NCBI GenBank assembly: GCA_963704755.1
Contig: OY969938.1
Location: 150,001-182,000 of the forward strand
From: an uncultured Chloroflexia bacterium
Lineage (GTDB): Bacteria; Chloroflexota; Anaerolineae; Anaerolineales; Anaerolineaceae
Reading direction: 5' to 3'
DNA length: 32,000 bases
The first letter of the stretch is position 1. Every line of letters begins with the position of its first letter. Below are positions 1 through 7,823 of this stretch, piece by piece. The position numbers were made by a program, and so were the translations under genes. Below the pieces are notes generated by a model, which had not been told where the DNA came from, did no database searches, and worked only from the letters and a program-made list of their open reading frames with translations.

Positions 1-140
1 TGCGGAAATAGGGGAGTAGAAATCCCAACCCCTGCCTTACTTACATCCGCAACAGCCGACCTTCCCGTGGAAAATACGGGCTGGTCAGCGTACGACGGGA
101 GCGAAGTTCGAGCAGGGCAATTGAAGAAATCATTGAAAGC

Positions 141-169
141 ATGTTAACCGCTTCAACCTGATCTGTCAA
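141..169 (-). promoter_or_regulatory. candidate sigma70-type promoter (TTGACA-17 nt-TAACAT) reading leftward toward the window edge
   Basis: Reverse complement of 164-169 is TTGACA and of 141-146 is TAACAT, with an exact 17-nt spacer. It lies just downstream of the acnA terminator. The target (1-134 and beyond) is not identifiable. Confidence 0.3.
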
Positions 170-254
170 TGGTATTTATGGGATAAATCGATGGCTTTCC
201 TGAGTTCGTAATGACGATTTTTTCGTAACTACCCAGACTAATGTTAAAGAGGTC

Positions 255-307
255 CCGAATTTGAAGAGTAGATGCGGATTTCGCTCGCATCTACTCTTCA
301 AATTCGG
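255..307 (-). terminator. intrinsic terminator hairpin downstream of acnA (22-bp perfect stem)
   Basis: CCGAATTTGAAGAGTAGATGCG (255-276) is the exact reverse complement of 286-307, with loop GATTTCGCT. It sits 20 nt after the acnA stop, and T-rich sequence follows on the + strand. Confidence 0.7.
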
Positions 308-327
308 TTTTCTTACCTAATAATCTC

Positions 328-3024
328 TCAGGCTAAATGAAACAGGATGGTCGGCATGATGCCGCCGTTCTTATAGTAACTGATCTCGTTAGGCGTGTTC
401 AAGCGCAGGGACACGGTAAAGGTCGTCGCCTTGCCGTCCGGGTGAGTGGCGTGCACCTGGATTTCAGCGCCGGGTGTGAGGCGATCCGCCACGTTTAGGA
501 TATCCAGGGTTTCTTCTCCGGTCAGCCCAAGGCTGGCGGCGTTTTCACCCGGCTTGAACTGTAAAGGCAGGATACCCATGCCGGCCAAATTGGAACGATG
601 GATACGTTCGAAAGATTCGGCGATGACGGCCCTGACACCCAGCAGGAGCACACCTTTGGCGGCCCAATCGCGGGAAGAGCCGGTACCGTACTCTTTGCCA
701 GCGATGACTACCAGGGGTACGCCCTCCTGCTGGTACTTCTGGGCTGCTTCGAAAATGGTGGTTTGCTGGCCGTCCGGGAAGTGGCGGGTGTAGCCGCCCT
801 CGATCCCCGGCACGAGTTGGTTCTTGAGGCGGATATTGGCAAAGGTTCCGCGAGTCATGATCCGGTCGTTGCCGCGCCGTGAACCGTAGGAATTGAATTC
901 GGAGGGTTTTACACCCTGGCTGATGAGGTATTCCCCGGCCGGGCTGTTAACGGCAATGGTGCCGGCAGGTGAAATGTGGTCGGTAGTGATCGAATCGCCC
1001 AGCAGAGCCAGTACACGCGCCTGGCGGACATCACCGGCGTTCTTACCCGGTTTGGCGCCCTGGGGGAAGAAGGGTGGTTCTTGCAGGTAAGTCGATTCCT
1101 CGGCCCATTCGTAGAGCGGGCTGTGGCCTGATTTGATGGCTTTCCATTCGATGCTCATATCGAACAGGGAAGCATAGCCATCACGGTACATATCCGGGCT
1201 GATAAATTCTGCGATCAGTTCCTGCACTTCCGCTGAGGTTGGCCAGATATCTTTCAGGTAAACCGGCTGGTCATCCTTGCCAATTCCTAATGGATCCTGG
1301 TTCAGGTCGATGTCCAGGGTCCCGGCCAGGGAGTAGGCTACCACCATCGGTGGGGAAGCGAGGTAATTCGCGCGGGTAAAAGGGCTGACCCGGCCTTCGA
1401 AGTTGCGATTGCCGGAAAGGACGGCGCCTACCACCAGGTTGTTGTCCTTGATCGCCGAAACGATGTTTTCGGGCAGCGGTCCGGAGTTACCAATACAGGT
1501 GGTGCAGCCGTAGCCGACCAGGTTAAACCCGAGCTCTTCCAACGAATCCATCAGGCCGGCTTCTTGCAGATAATCGGTGACCACGCGCGAGCCGGGCGCC
1601 AGGGAGGTTTTTACGTAAGGATGTTTTTTGAGGCCTTTCTCGACCGCTTTTTTAGCCAATAAACCGGCACTGAGCATGACGAAGGGATTGGAAGTATTGG
1701 TGCAGGAGGTAATGGCCGCGATTACGATTGAGCCATGGGTTAATTCAGAAGGGCTGTGATCGGTCTGGACAACCGTTGTGGTACCCAGGGCCTCGGTCGA
1801 GATGCCAAACCCGTTTTGGCTGCGTGGGGTAACCAGGGCATTCTTGAAATTAGCTTTCATTTCGCGCAGGGAGACCCGGTCTTGCGGGCGCTTTGGACCG
1901 GCCAGGCTGGGTTCGATCGAGCCCAGATCGACCGCGATGGTGGTGGTAAATTGCGGTTCGGACGTCTCGGCAGTGCGGAAGAGGCCCTGGCGGCGATAAT
2001 AGGCCTCCACCAGGCGAACCAGCTCTTCTTTGCGGCCGGACAGGCGCAGGTATTTGATCGTCTGGTCGTCGACGGGAAAATACAGCATGGTGGCCCCGGA
2101 TTCGGGGGTCATGTTGGCGATCATGGCCCGGTCGGCCAGGCTGAGGTTGTCCAGGCCGGGGCCAAAGAACTCGACGAATTTGTCCACTACGCCGGTTTTG
2201 CGCAGCATCTGGATGACCGTCAGAGTCAGGTCGGTGGGGGTGACGCCTTCCGGCAGCTTACCGTTCAGGCGCACACCGATCACATCCGGGGCCACGATTT
2301 CGATAGGTTCAGCCAACATGGCGGCGACGGCTTCGATACCACCCACACCCCAGCCGACGACCCCCAAGCCGTTGATCATGGTGGTATGCGAATCGGTGCC
2401 GACCAGCGTGTCGGGGTACAGCCAGGTCTGGCCGTCGATCTCACGGGTCAAGACGCCGGTGGCCAGGTATTCCAGGTTGACCTGGTGAACAATGCCGGAG
2501 GCGGGCGGGACCACGCGCAGGTTGGCGAAGACGTTTTGCGCCCAGTGCAAAAACTGGTAACGTTCTTTGTTGCGCTTGAATTCGATCTCGGCGTTGAGGC
2601 GATAGGAGTTGGCGCTGCCGGCATAATCGACCTGAACGGAATGGTCGATGACCAGGTCGACCGGGACGACCGGGTTGATCGACTCGGGGTTGCCCCCGGC
2701 GCGGACCAGCGCAGTGCGCATGGCGGCCAGGTCGTTTAGGACCGGGACACCGGTGAAATCCTGTAAAATGACCCGGCCGGGAAAAACCGGGATAATCGGG
2801 CGGCTGTCCGCCTGGGGCTGCCAGTTGAGAATGTTTTCAATGTCTTTATCCCCGGCCTTACCCAATTCCTTTTGGCGAAGCGCGCCCTCTAACAATATGC
2901 GGATCGAAAACGGTAACTTTGCCAGCCTGGACGGATCACCGGCGGCGAGGTGATCTAGCGGTGAAAAATAGTAACTTTTTCCGTCCAGTTGAAAAATATC
3001 CCGAACATGCTGTTCATTGCTCAT
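328..3024 (-). CDS. acnA: aconitate hydratase A (aconitase/IRP family)
   Basis: ORF 328..3102. The best start is ATG 3024 (MSNEQHV...), preceded by GGGAGA. Fe-S ligand contexts ITSCTNTSNP and GYGCTTCIGNSG and the swivel-domain motif YGTGSSRDWAAKG are present, and the length is typical (~899 aa). Confidence 0.95.
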   Translation of the reverse strand: MSNEQHVRDIFQLDGKSYYFSPLDHLAAGDPSRLAKLPFSIRILLEGALRQKELGKAGDKDIENILNWQPQADSRPIIPVFPGRVILQDFTGVPVLNDLAAMRTALVRAGGNPESINPVVPVDLVIDHSVQVDYAGSANSYRLNAEIEFKRNKERYQFLHWAQNVFANLRVVPPASGIVHQVNLEYLATGVLTREIDGQTWLYPDTLVGTDSHTTMINGLGVVGWGVGGIEAVAAMLAEPIEIVAPDVIGVRLNGKLPEGVTPTDLTLTVIQMLRKTGVVDKFVEFFGPGLDNLSLADRAMIANMTPESGATMLYFPVDDQTIKYLRLSGRKEELVRLVEAYYRRQGLFRTAETSEPQFTTTIAVDLGSIEPSLAGPKRPQDRVSLREMKANFKNALVTPRSQNGFGISTEALGTTTVVQTDHSPSELTHGSIVIAAITSCTNTSNPFVMLSAGLLAKKAVEKGLKKHPYVKTSLAPGSRVVTDYLQEAGLMDSLEELGFNLVGYGCTTCIGNSGPLPENIVSAIKDNNLVVGAVLSGNRNFEGRVSPFTRANYLASPPMVVAYSLAGTLDIDLNQDPLGIGKDDQPVYLKDIWPTSAEVQELIAEFISPDMYRDGYASLFDMSIEWKAIKSGHSPLYEWAEESTYLQEPPFFPQGAKPGKNAGDVRQARVLALLGDSITTDHISPAGTIAVNSPAGEYLISQGVKPSEFNSYGSRRGNDRIMTRGTFANIRLKNQLVPGIEGGYTRHFPDGQQTTIFEAAQKYQQEGVPLVVIAGKEYGTGSSRDWAAKGVLLLGVRAVIAESFERIHRSNLAGMGILPLQFKPGENAASLGLTGEETLDILNVADRLTPGAEIQVHATHPDGKATTFTVSLRLNTPNEISYYKNGGIMPTILFHLA

Positions 3025-3055
3025 CAAAAGTCTCCCTTGGCGTTTGGAATTCATT

Positions 3056-3108
3056 CCTGATTTGATGGTTGCGTGGGTGGACAACACCCGCGCAACCATC
3101 AAATCAGG
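3056..3108 (-). promoter_or_regulatory. 24-bp near-perfect hairpin in the predicted acnA 5' leader
   Basis: 3056-3079 pairs with 3085-3108 (one G-U pair), loop GACAA on +. It lies between the predicted promoter (3130-3158) and the acnA start (3024). Confidence 0.5.
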
Positions 3109-3129
3109 TTGTTTGGCAGTTACGCTAAA

Positions 3130-3158
3130 ATTATAATCTCAGGAAAGGACCGCTTCAA
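3130..3158 (-). promoter_or_regulatory. candidate acnA promoter (TTGAAG-17 nt-TATAAT)
   Basis: Reverse complement of 3153-3158 is TTGAAG and of 3130-3135 is TATAAT, with a 17-nt spacer. It is ~100 nt upstream of the acnA start. Confidence 0.45.
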
Positions 3159-3294
3159 GTTTAAGGAGGCGGTCCGCATGGCATTCTCAAGAACGGCCTG
3201 GGCCACACCGGCCTTAATTTTGTGCTTATCTTCAAAAGACCGAGTTCAAATGAATTGGATTTGGAAATCGCTTTAAATTGGCGGAAGTTTGTCA

Positions 3295-3323
3295 TTGACA
3301 TTGTATAGATTACGTGCTATAAA
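3295..3323 (+). promoter_or_regulatory. near-consensus sigma70 promoter (TTGACA-17 nt-TATAAA)
   Basis: TTGACA at 3295-3300, 17-nt spacer, TATAAA at 3318-3323. It is the only convincing + strand promoter upstream of the ABC transporter operon. Confidence 0.6.
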
Positions 3324-3329
3324 ACTAGC

Positions 3330-3404
3330 ATGTTTTTCCGCCCGGATATTAAGCGCAACCGCCGTCATCAACCTCACCGTCCAATATTGGGAGAGGTCGC
3401 TTAA
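3330..3404 (+). promoter_or_regulatory. candidate leaderless 24-codon Arg/His-rich leader ORF (MFFRPDIKRNRRHQPHRPILGEVA) of a putative attenuator
   Basis: ATG 3330 lies ~7 nt after the -10 box and has no SD. Five Arg and two His codons are clustered. Complementary segments link the ORF to the downstream terminator (see findings). Confidence 0.3.
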
Positions 3405-3447
3405 TCATATTCAAAGGTCCGGTTTAGAACCAAATTAGAGTATAAGA

Positions 3448-3477
3448 GCCCTCCCAAAAACATGGGGGGCTTTTTTT
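3448..3477 (+). terminator. intrinsic terminator / attenuator hairpin upstream of the ABC operon
   Basis: GCCCTCC (3448-3454) pairs with GGGGGGC (3464-3470), one G-U pair, followed by T7 (3471-3477). Confidence 0.6.
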
Positions 3478-3602
3478 ATACTAATGTGCCATTTTTCACG
3501 TAGTTTTAGCGTTAGTAAGCGTATGGAGGATGTCCAGGAAGAAATGTACTTTTTATTGCCGAACAATCGCCAAACCATCGAAAATCGAATCAGGAGAGAG
3601 AG

Positions 3603-4601
3603 ATGAGCAAATCACGAGTGTTTAAATTTTCAATTGTGTTGATGGCGCTGGTCATTCTGGCCGGATGCGCCGCTCCGACTGCCGAACCGACCAGCATGCC
3701 TGCGCCGACGACTGCTCCTGCAGCAGCCGCGACCGAGATGCCAACTGTTGCAGAAGCAACCATGGCGGAATCATCCGCAACGGAAGCAATGGCTACCGAA
3801 GCTCCGACTGCCGCCGCAACTGAAGCTACAACGATGCCTCAATCCGGTACGTGCCTTGGCTCGGCGGATACGGCCGTTGTGGACCTGAATTGCAAAGACA
3901 TCACGATCGCTGTGGAAAACGCTTACCTGCCCTTTAACTACATCGTGTTGTCCACCGGCCAACCGGGTGGTTGGGACTATGATACCTGGGACGAAATTTG
4001 CACCCGGCTGCACTGTACACCTGACTTTGTCGAATCGGCCTGGGACGGCTTGATCCAGGCAGTTTCCAATGGCCAATACATGGTCGGCGCGGATGGAATC
4101 ACCAATACACCGGACCGGGCAGAAATTGTTGATTTCTCCATGGGCTATATGAACATTAATCAACGTCTGTTGGTTCGCAAAGGGGAGACCCGCTTCACCA
4201 GTATCGAGGATTTCGCTTCCCAACCCAGTCTGGTCATGGGCACCCAGGTGAGCACAACCAATTACGAAACGGCAACCAAATATCTATCCGAAGATCGGAT
4301 CAAAGCGTTTGATACGTTTGCATTTGCAATTCAAGCGTTGATCACAGGTGACGTAGACGCTGTCATCATCGACGAAACCGCTGGTATGGGTTACCAGGGT
4401 GAAAACGCTGATCAGCTCGAATTGATTGGACCCTCTATTTCCAGTGATGAGCTCGGGTTTATCTATCCAAAAGGTAGCGATTTGGTTGACCCGGTTAACC
4501 AGGCGCTGCAATCTATGAAGGATGATGGAACCCTGGATAAACTGAATACGAAGTACTTTGGGCCTGATTTCACCCTGACCTCTTCTGAAATTCAAGGATA
4601 A
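3603..4601 (+). CDS. polar amino-acid ABC transporter substrate-binding lipoprotein (SBP family 3)
   Basis: Lipoprotein signal with lipobox LAGC, an Ala/Thr/Pro/Glu-rich linker, then a family-3 SBP-like domain. RBS GGAGAGAGAG lies before ATG 3603. The gene is followed by permease and ATPase genes. Confidence 0.9.
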   Translation: MSKSRVFKFSIVLMALVILAGCAAPTAEPTSMPAPTTAPAAAATEMPTVAEATMAESSATEAMATEAPTAAATEATTMPQSGTCLGSADTAVVDLNCKDITIAVENAYLPFNYIVLSTGQPGGWDYDTWDEICTRLHCTPDFVESAWDGLIQAVSNGQYMVGADGITNTPDRAEIVDFSMGYMNINQRLLVRKGETRFTSIEDFASQPSLVMGTQVSTTNYETATKYLSEDRIKAFDTFAFAIQALITGDVDAVIIDETAGMGYQGENADQLELIGPSISSDELGFIYPKGSDLVDPVNQALQSMKDDGTLDKLNTKYFGPDFTLTSSEIQG

Positions 4602-4680
4602 GTAATTTTTACAAAAGGAATGAATTCCTGGCTGCTTGAGAAATCCAGGCAGCCAGGGCGAACTTGATGAGGTAAAGGGT

Positions 4681-5565
4681 ATGGCTGTGAAAGAATCAGC
4701 GAGTATAACCAAAGAATCGCTAGCGCCAAAAATTGTTTTGGACAGGCTGAGACAGAACCTGTCAGACTTCCCCTGGTGGGTTTTGGGGATGGTCTTGATT
4801 TTCATCGCGACAATTGTGCTAGTTTTGACCAAACCTACCTACCAGCAAGCATTTTTATTCATTGGGGCTGGTATAAAAATCACGATCCAGACGACGATTT
4901 TTGCGTTTGGGATTGCCGTGGTGCTTGGATTAGTTGCTGGATTAGGTCGGATTTCCAGCAACGTTTTCTTTAAAAACCTCTCCACGCTATATGTGGAGCT
5001 CATCCGCGGCGTTCCCATGCTGGTGCTGATCTTTTTCATTGCCTACGTGGGTGTACCGGCAGGCGTATCCCTTGTCAACGGGCTGGGCAAATGGTTTATC
5101 GGGGTTGGACTGTCGTTCCTGGGGACACCATTAACCGGGATGCAAAACAACAACGTGGCCATGAACGTGCGGGCTATCATTGCTCTTTCCATCACCTATG
5201 GCGCGTACCTGGCCGAGATTTTCCGCGCCGGGATCCAATCGATCGGCCGCGGGCAAACGGAAGCCGCCCGGGCGCAAGGGATGTCTTATTGGCAGGCAAT
5301 GCGTTATATCATTTTGCCTCAGGCGATTAAAAACGTGCTACCTGCGCTCGGTAACGATTTCGTTTCCATGCTGAAGGATACTTCGCTTGTTTCAGTTCTG
5401 GCCGTGCGGGATATCACCCAAATCGCCAAGTTGTACACCGGCACATCTTTTCGCTACCAGGAATCCTATACCATCCTAGCGGTCTTATACCTGGCTATGA
5501 CGGTTTTGCTCTCGACCCTGGTTAAATTTATGGAAAAGAGGTACCAAAAAGATGAGCGCAGCTAG
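4681..5565 (+). CDS. amino-acid ABC transporter permease (His/Glu/Gln/Arg/opine family)
   Basis: ORF 4636..5565. ATG 4681 is preferred (GAGG ~8 nt upstream). Multiple TM segments and an EAA-type loop [25 protein letters not shown] are present. Confidence 0.9.
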   Translation: MAVKESASITKESLAPKIVLDRLRQNLSDFPWWVLGMVLIFIATIVLVLTKPTYQQAFLFIGAGIKITIQTTIFAFGIAVVLGLVAGLGRISSNVFFKNLSTLYVELIRGVPMLVLIFFIAYVGVPAGVSLVNGLGKWFIGVGLSFLGTPLTGMQNNNVAMNVRAIIALSITYGAYLAEIFRAGIQSIGRGQTEAARAQGMSYWQAMRYIILPQAIKNVLPALGNDFVSMLKDTSLVSVLAVRDITQIAKLYTGTSFRYQESYTILAVLYLAMTVLLSTLVKFMEKRYQKDERS

Positions 5566-6301
5566 TAATGACATCATCCAGGCGATAAATTTGCGCAAAC
5601 AATTTGGCAAGCTGAATGCGCTAGATGGAGTTAGCCTGTCCGTCAAGCGTGGTCAGGTGGTCGTAATCATCGGCCCAAGCGGATCTGGCAAATCAACTTT
5701 CCTGCGCTGCATCAACCAGTTAGAGACCCCCACCAGCGGGGAGGTGTGGGTGGATAATAAGAAAGTGACCGGAAACGGCAAAGAGCTCAATTTGATGCGC
5801 TCTGAAATTGGGATGGTTTTCCAGCATTTCAACCTTTATCCGCATCTTTCCGTTTTGGATAACGTCACCCTGGCTCAACGGATCGTCAAGAAGGTTCCCA
5901 AGGCCAAAGCGGAAGAGATTGCCATGAAGCACCTGGATCGAGTAGGCATTGCGGATAAAGCGCTGGGTTACCCGGGACAGTTGTCCGGCGGCCAGCAGCA
6001 GCGCGTGGCGATTGCCCGTGCGCTGGCGCAAAACCCAAAGATCATGCTTTTTGACGAGCCGACCAGCGCCCTCGATCCGGAAATGATCAAGGAGGTGCTG
6101 GAGGTAATGTTGGACCTGGCCAAAGAAGGGATCACCATGGTGGTCGTCACTCACGAGATGGGCTTTGCCAAAGCCGCGGCTGATGAAGTCGTGTTTATGG
6201 ACTTCGGAAAAATCGTCGAAAGAGCTACACCGGCTGAATTCTTTGCTGCGCCAAAACATGAACGTACTCAGAATTTTCTGAGTCAGATTTTGAGTCATTA
6301 A
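5552..6301 (+). CDS. amino-acid ABC transporter ATP-binding protein (GlnQ/HisP-like)
   Basis: Walker [10 protein letters not shown], signature LSGGQQQRV, Walker [13 protein letters not shown]-loop VTHEM. It overlaps the permease stop by 14 nt. Confidence 0.95.
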   Translation: MSAASNDIIQAINLRKQFGKLNALDGVSLSVKRGQVVVIIGPSGSGKSTFLRCINQLETPTSGEVWVDNKKVTGNGKELNLMRSEIGMVFQHFNLYPHLSVLDNVTLAQRIVKKVPKAKAEEIAMKHLDRVGIADKALGYPGQLSGGQQQRVAIARALAQNPKIMLFDEPTSALDPEMIKEVLEVMLDLAKEGITMVVVTHEMGFAKAAADEVVFMDFGKIVERATPAEFFAAPKHERTQNFLSQILSH

Positions 6302-6343
6302 TTGCTTAATAACCTGCTGAGTCCGTAAGGAATTACGCCCGGT

Positions 6344-6388
6344 AAAAGAGATGTGCGAAGGGGTGTTTCCTCATTGCATATCTCTTTT
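6344..6388 (+). terminator. possible terminator after the ABC operon (imperfect stem, large loop)
   Basis: AAAAGAGATGTGC (6344-6356) versus GCATATCTCTTTT (6376-6388), with one mismatch and a T-run at the 3' end. Confidence 0.3.
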
Positions 6389-6470
6389 AGCGGGATTTGT
6401 TCCTTGGAATAATTTTTTCTGGGTGGTTATATAAGCAAAATTTTAAGCACGAAACAGGGACGGGTTTGCA

Positions 6471-7785
6471 ATGAAGATTTACGAAAGAATCAAGGAGCAA
6501 GTGCCATCCTGGCATAAACGGATAAATTCTCTGCGCAAGGAATACAGCGATTTCGTGGTGGGGAAAGTCACGATTGACCAGATTTTAAATGGTATCCGCG
6601 GGGTTCAAATCAGTATCAGTGATATTTCCTACGTCGATCCATACGAAGGGATCAGGCTGCGTGGTTATACTATCCCGGAGATCATCCAAAAATTGCCCAA
6701 GGCCGAAGGCTCGAAACAACCTCTGGCGGGCGGCCTGTACTACTTATTACTGACGGGAGATTTGCCGACCGACACAGATGCCTGGGACGTGGAGTTCTGA
6801 ATGGGCCAGGCGCAGCACTTTGCCGGACCAGGTTTATCGGGTTCTGGAAGGTATGCCGATCGATACCCACCCGATGACCTTGCTGTCGCAGGCAATCATG
6901 GCGATGCAGCCCGATTCGTTGTTTGCCCGGGCTTACCAGGACGGGCTCAGCCGGCCGGAATATTGGGATTATTTCCTGGAAGACAGCCTCAACCTGACCG
7001 CAAAACTGCCTTCGATTGCCGCCTATATTTATTGCCGTAAATACCGCGGCGGAAACGTCCGCAAACCGGACCCAAACATGGATTGGAGCGCGAACTTTGC
7101 TCAAATGATCGGTATGGGCGATAACGAAGAATACAAAGAACTCGTCCGGTTGTACTTCGTCTTACACTCCGACCACGAAGGCGCTAATGTTAGCGCGCAC
7201 ACATCCCACCTGGTTTGTTCGGCCCTGTCCGATATCTACCTTTCCACGGCGGCGGCCATGAACGGCCTGGCCGGCCCGCTGCACGGGTTGGCCAACCAGG
7301 AGTGTATCCGCTGGCTGATCGGCGTACATAGCCATTTCGGCCACTTACCGACAAACGAGGAATTGGAGCAATTCATCCGCGATCAACTTGCCAGGGGAAT
7401 GGTTATCCCCGGGTACGGGCATGCCGTTTTGCGGGTCACCGATCCGCGCTTCCTGGCCCAGATGGACTTCGCCGAGAAATACCTGCCAGATGACGAGTTA
7501 TTCAAATTGGTCAAACAGGTGTACGAGATTGCACCCAGGGTTTTAGGCGAGAACAAGAAAATCAAGAACCCACGCCCGAACGTGGATGCAATTAACGGTT
7601 GTTTGCAGTACCATTACGGTGTCAATGAAACCGAGTTTTATACTGTTCTCTTTGGTATCAGTCGTATCCTTGGCTTGACTTCTCACGCGATTTGGGCCAG
7701 GGCACTGGAAAAACCAATCGAGCGACCCAAATCTTTGACGACTCAAATGTTGGAAGAAATGGTTGCCGGCGAAAAGGGAGACTAG
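6471..7785 (+). pseudogene. citrate synthase (eukaryote/mitochondrial-like type), interrupted by a +1 frameshift near 6784-6797
   Basis: ORFs 6471..6800 and 6778..7785 are colinear halves of one citrate synthase. Motifs HSDHEGANVSAHT, PGYGHAVLRVTDPR and NVDAINGC are present. The span is 1315 nt = 3n+1. Confidence 0.85.
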
Positions 7786-7823
7786 AATTAATTCAAAGAA
7801 TGCTACAGGTGACAGGTGTGAGT

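Noticed and set aside
148-180. AACCTGATCTG...GGTATT resembles the conserved 3' part of the TPP riboswitch (thi-box).
   Set aside because: The obligatory CTGAGA element and the pairing partners are missing. On the + strand nothing thiamine-related follows, only the antisense of acnA.
446-2953. Several long + strand ORFs (for example 1756..2739 at 327 aa, and 2030..2488) inside the aconitase gene.
   Set aside because: They lie antisense to a strongly supported conserved CDS. Their translations are low-complexity and Gly/Arg/Ala-rich, as expected for shadow ORFs, and they have no RBS or recognisable motifs.
3056-3108. Iron-responsive-element-like hairpin for aconitase autoregulation.
   Set aside because: The loop is UUGUC on the mRNA strand rather than CAGUGN, there is no bulged C, and the stem is far longer than an IRE. 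It is kept only as a generic leader hairpin.
6789-6800. Programmed +1 frameshift of the prfB type, because frame 0 ends at a TGA right at the junction.
   Set aside because: The codon before the stop is TTC. Its tRNA cannot re-pair in the +1 frame (TCT). No SD-like stimulator lies at the proper distance, and the other two frameshifts in the window are not at stop codons.
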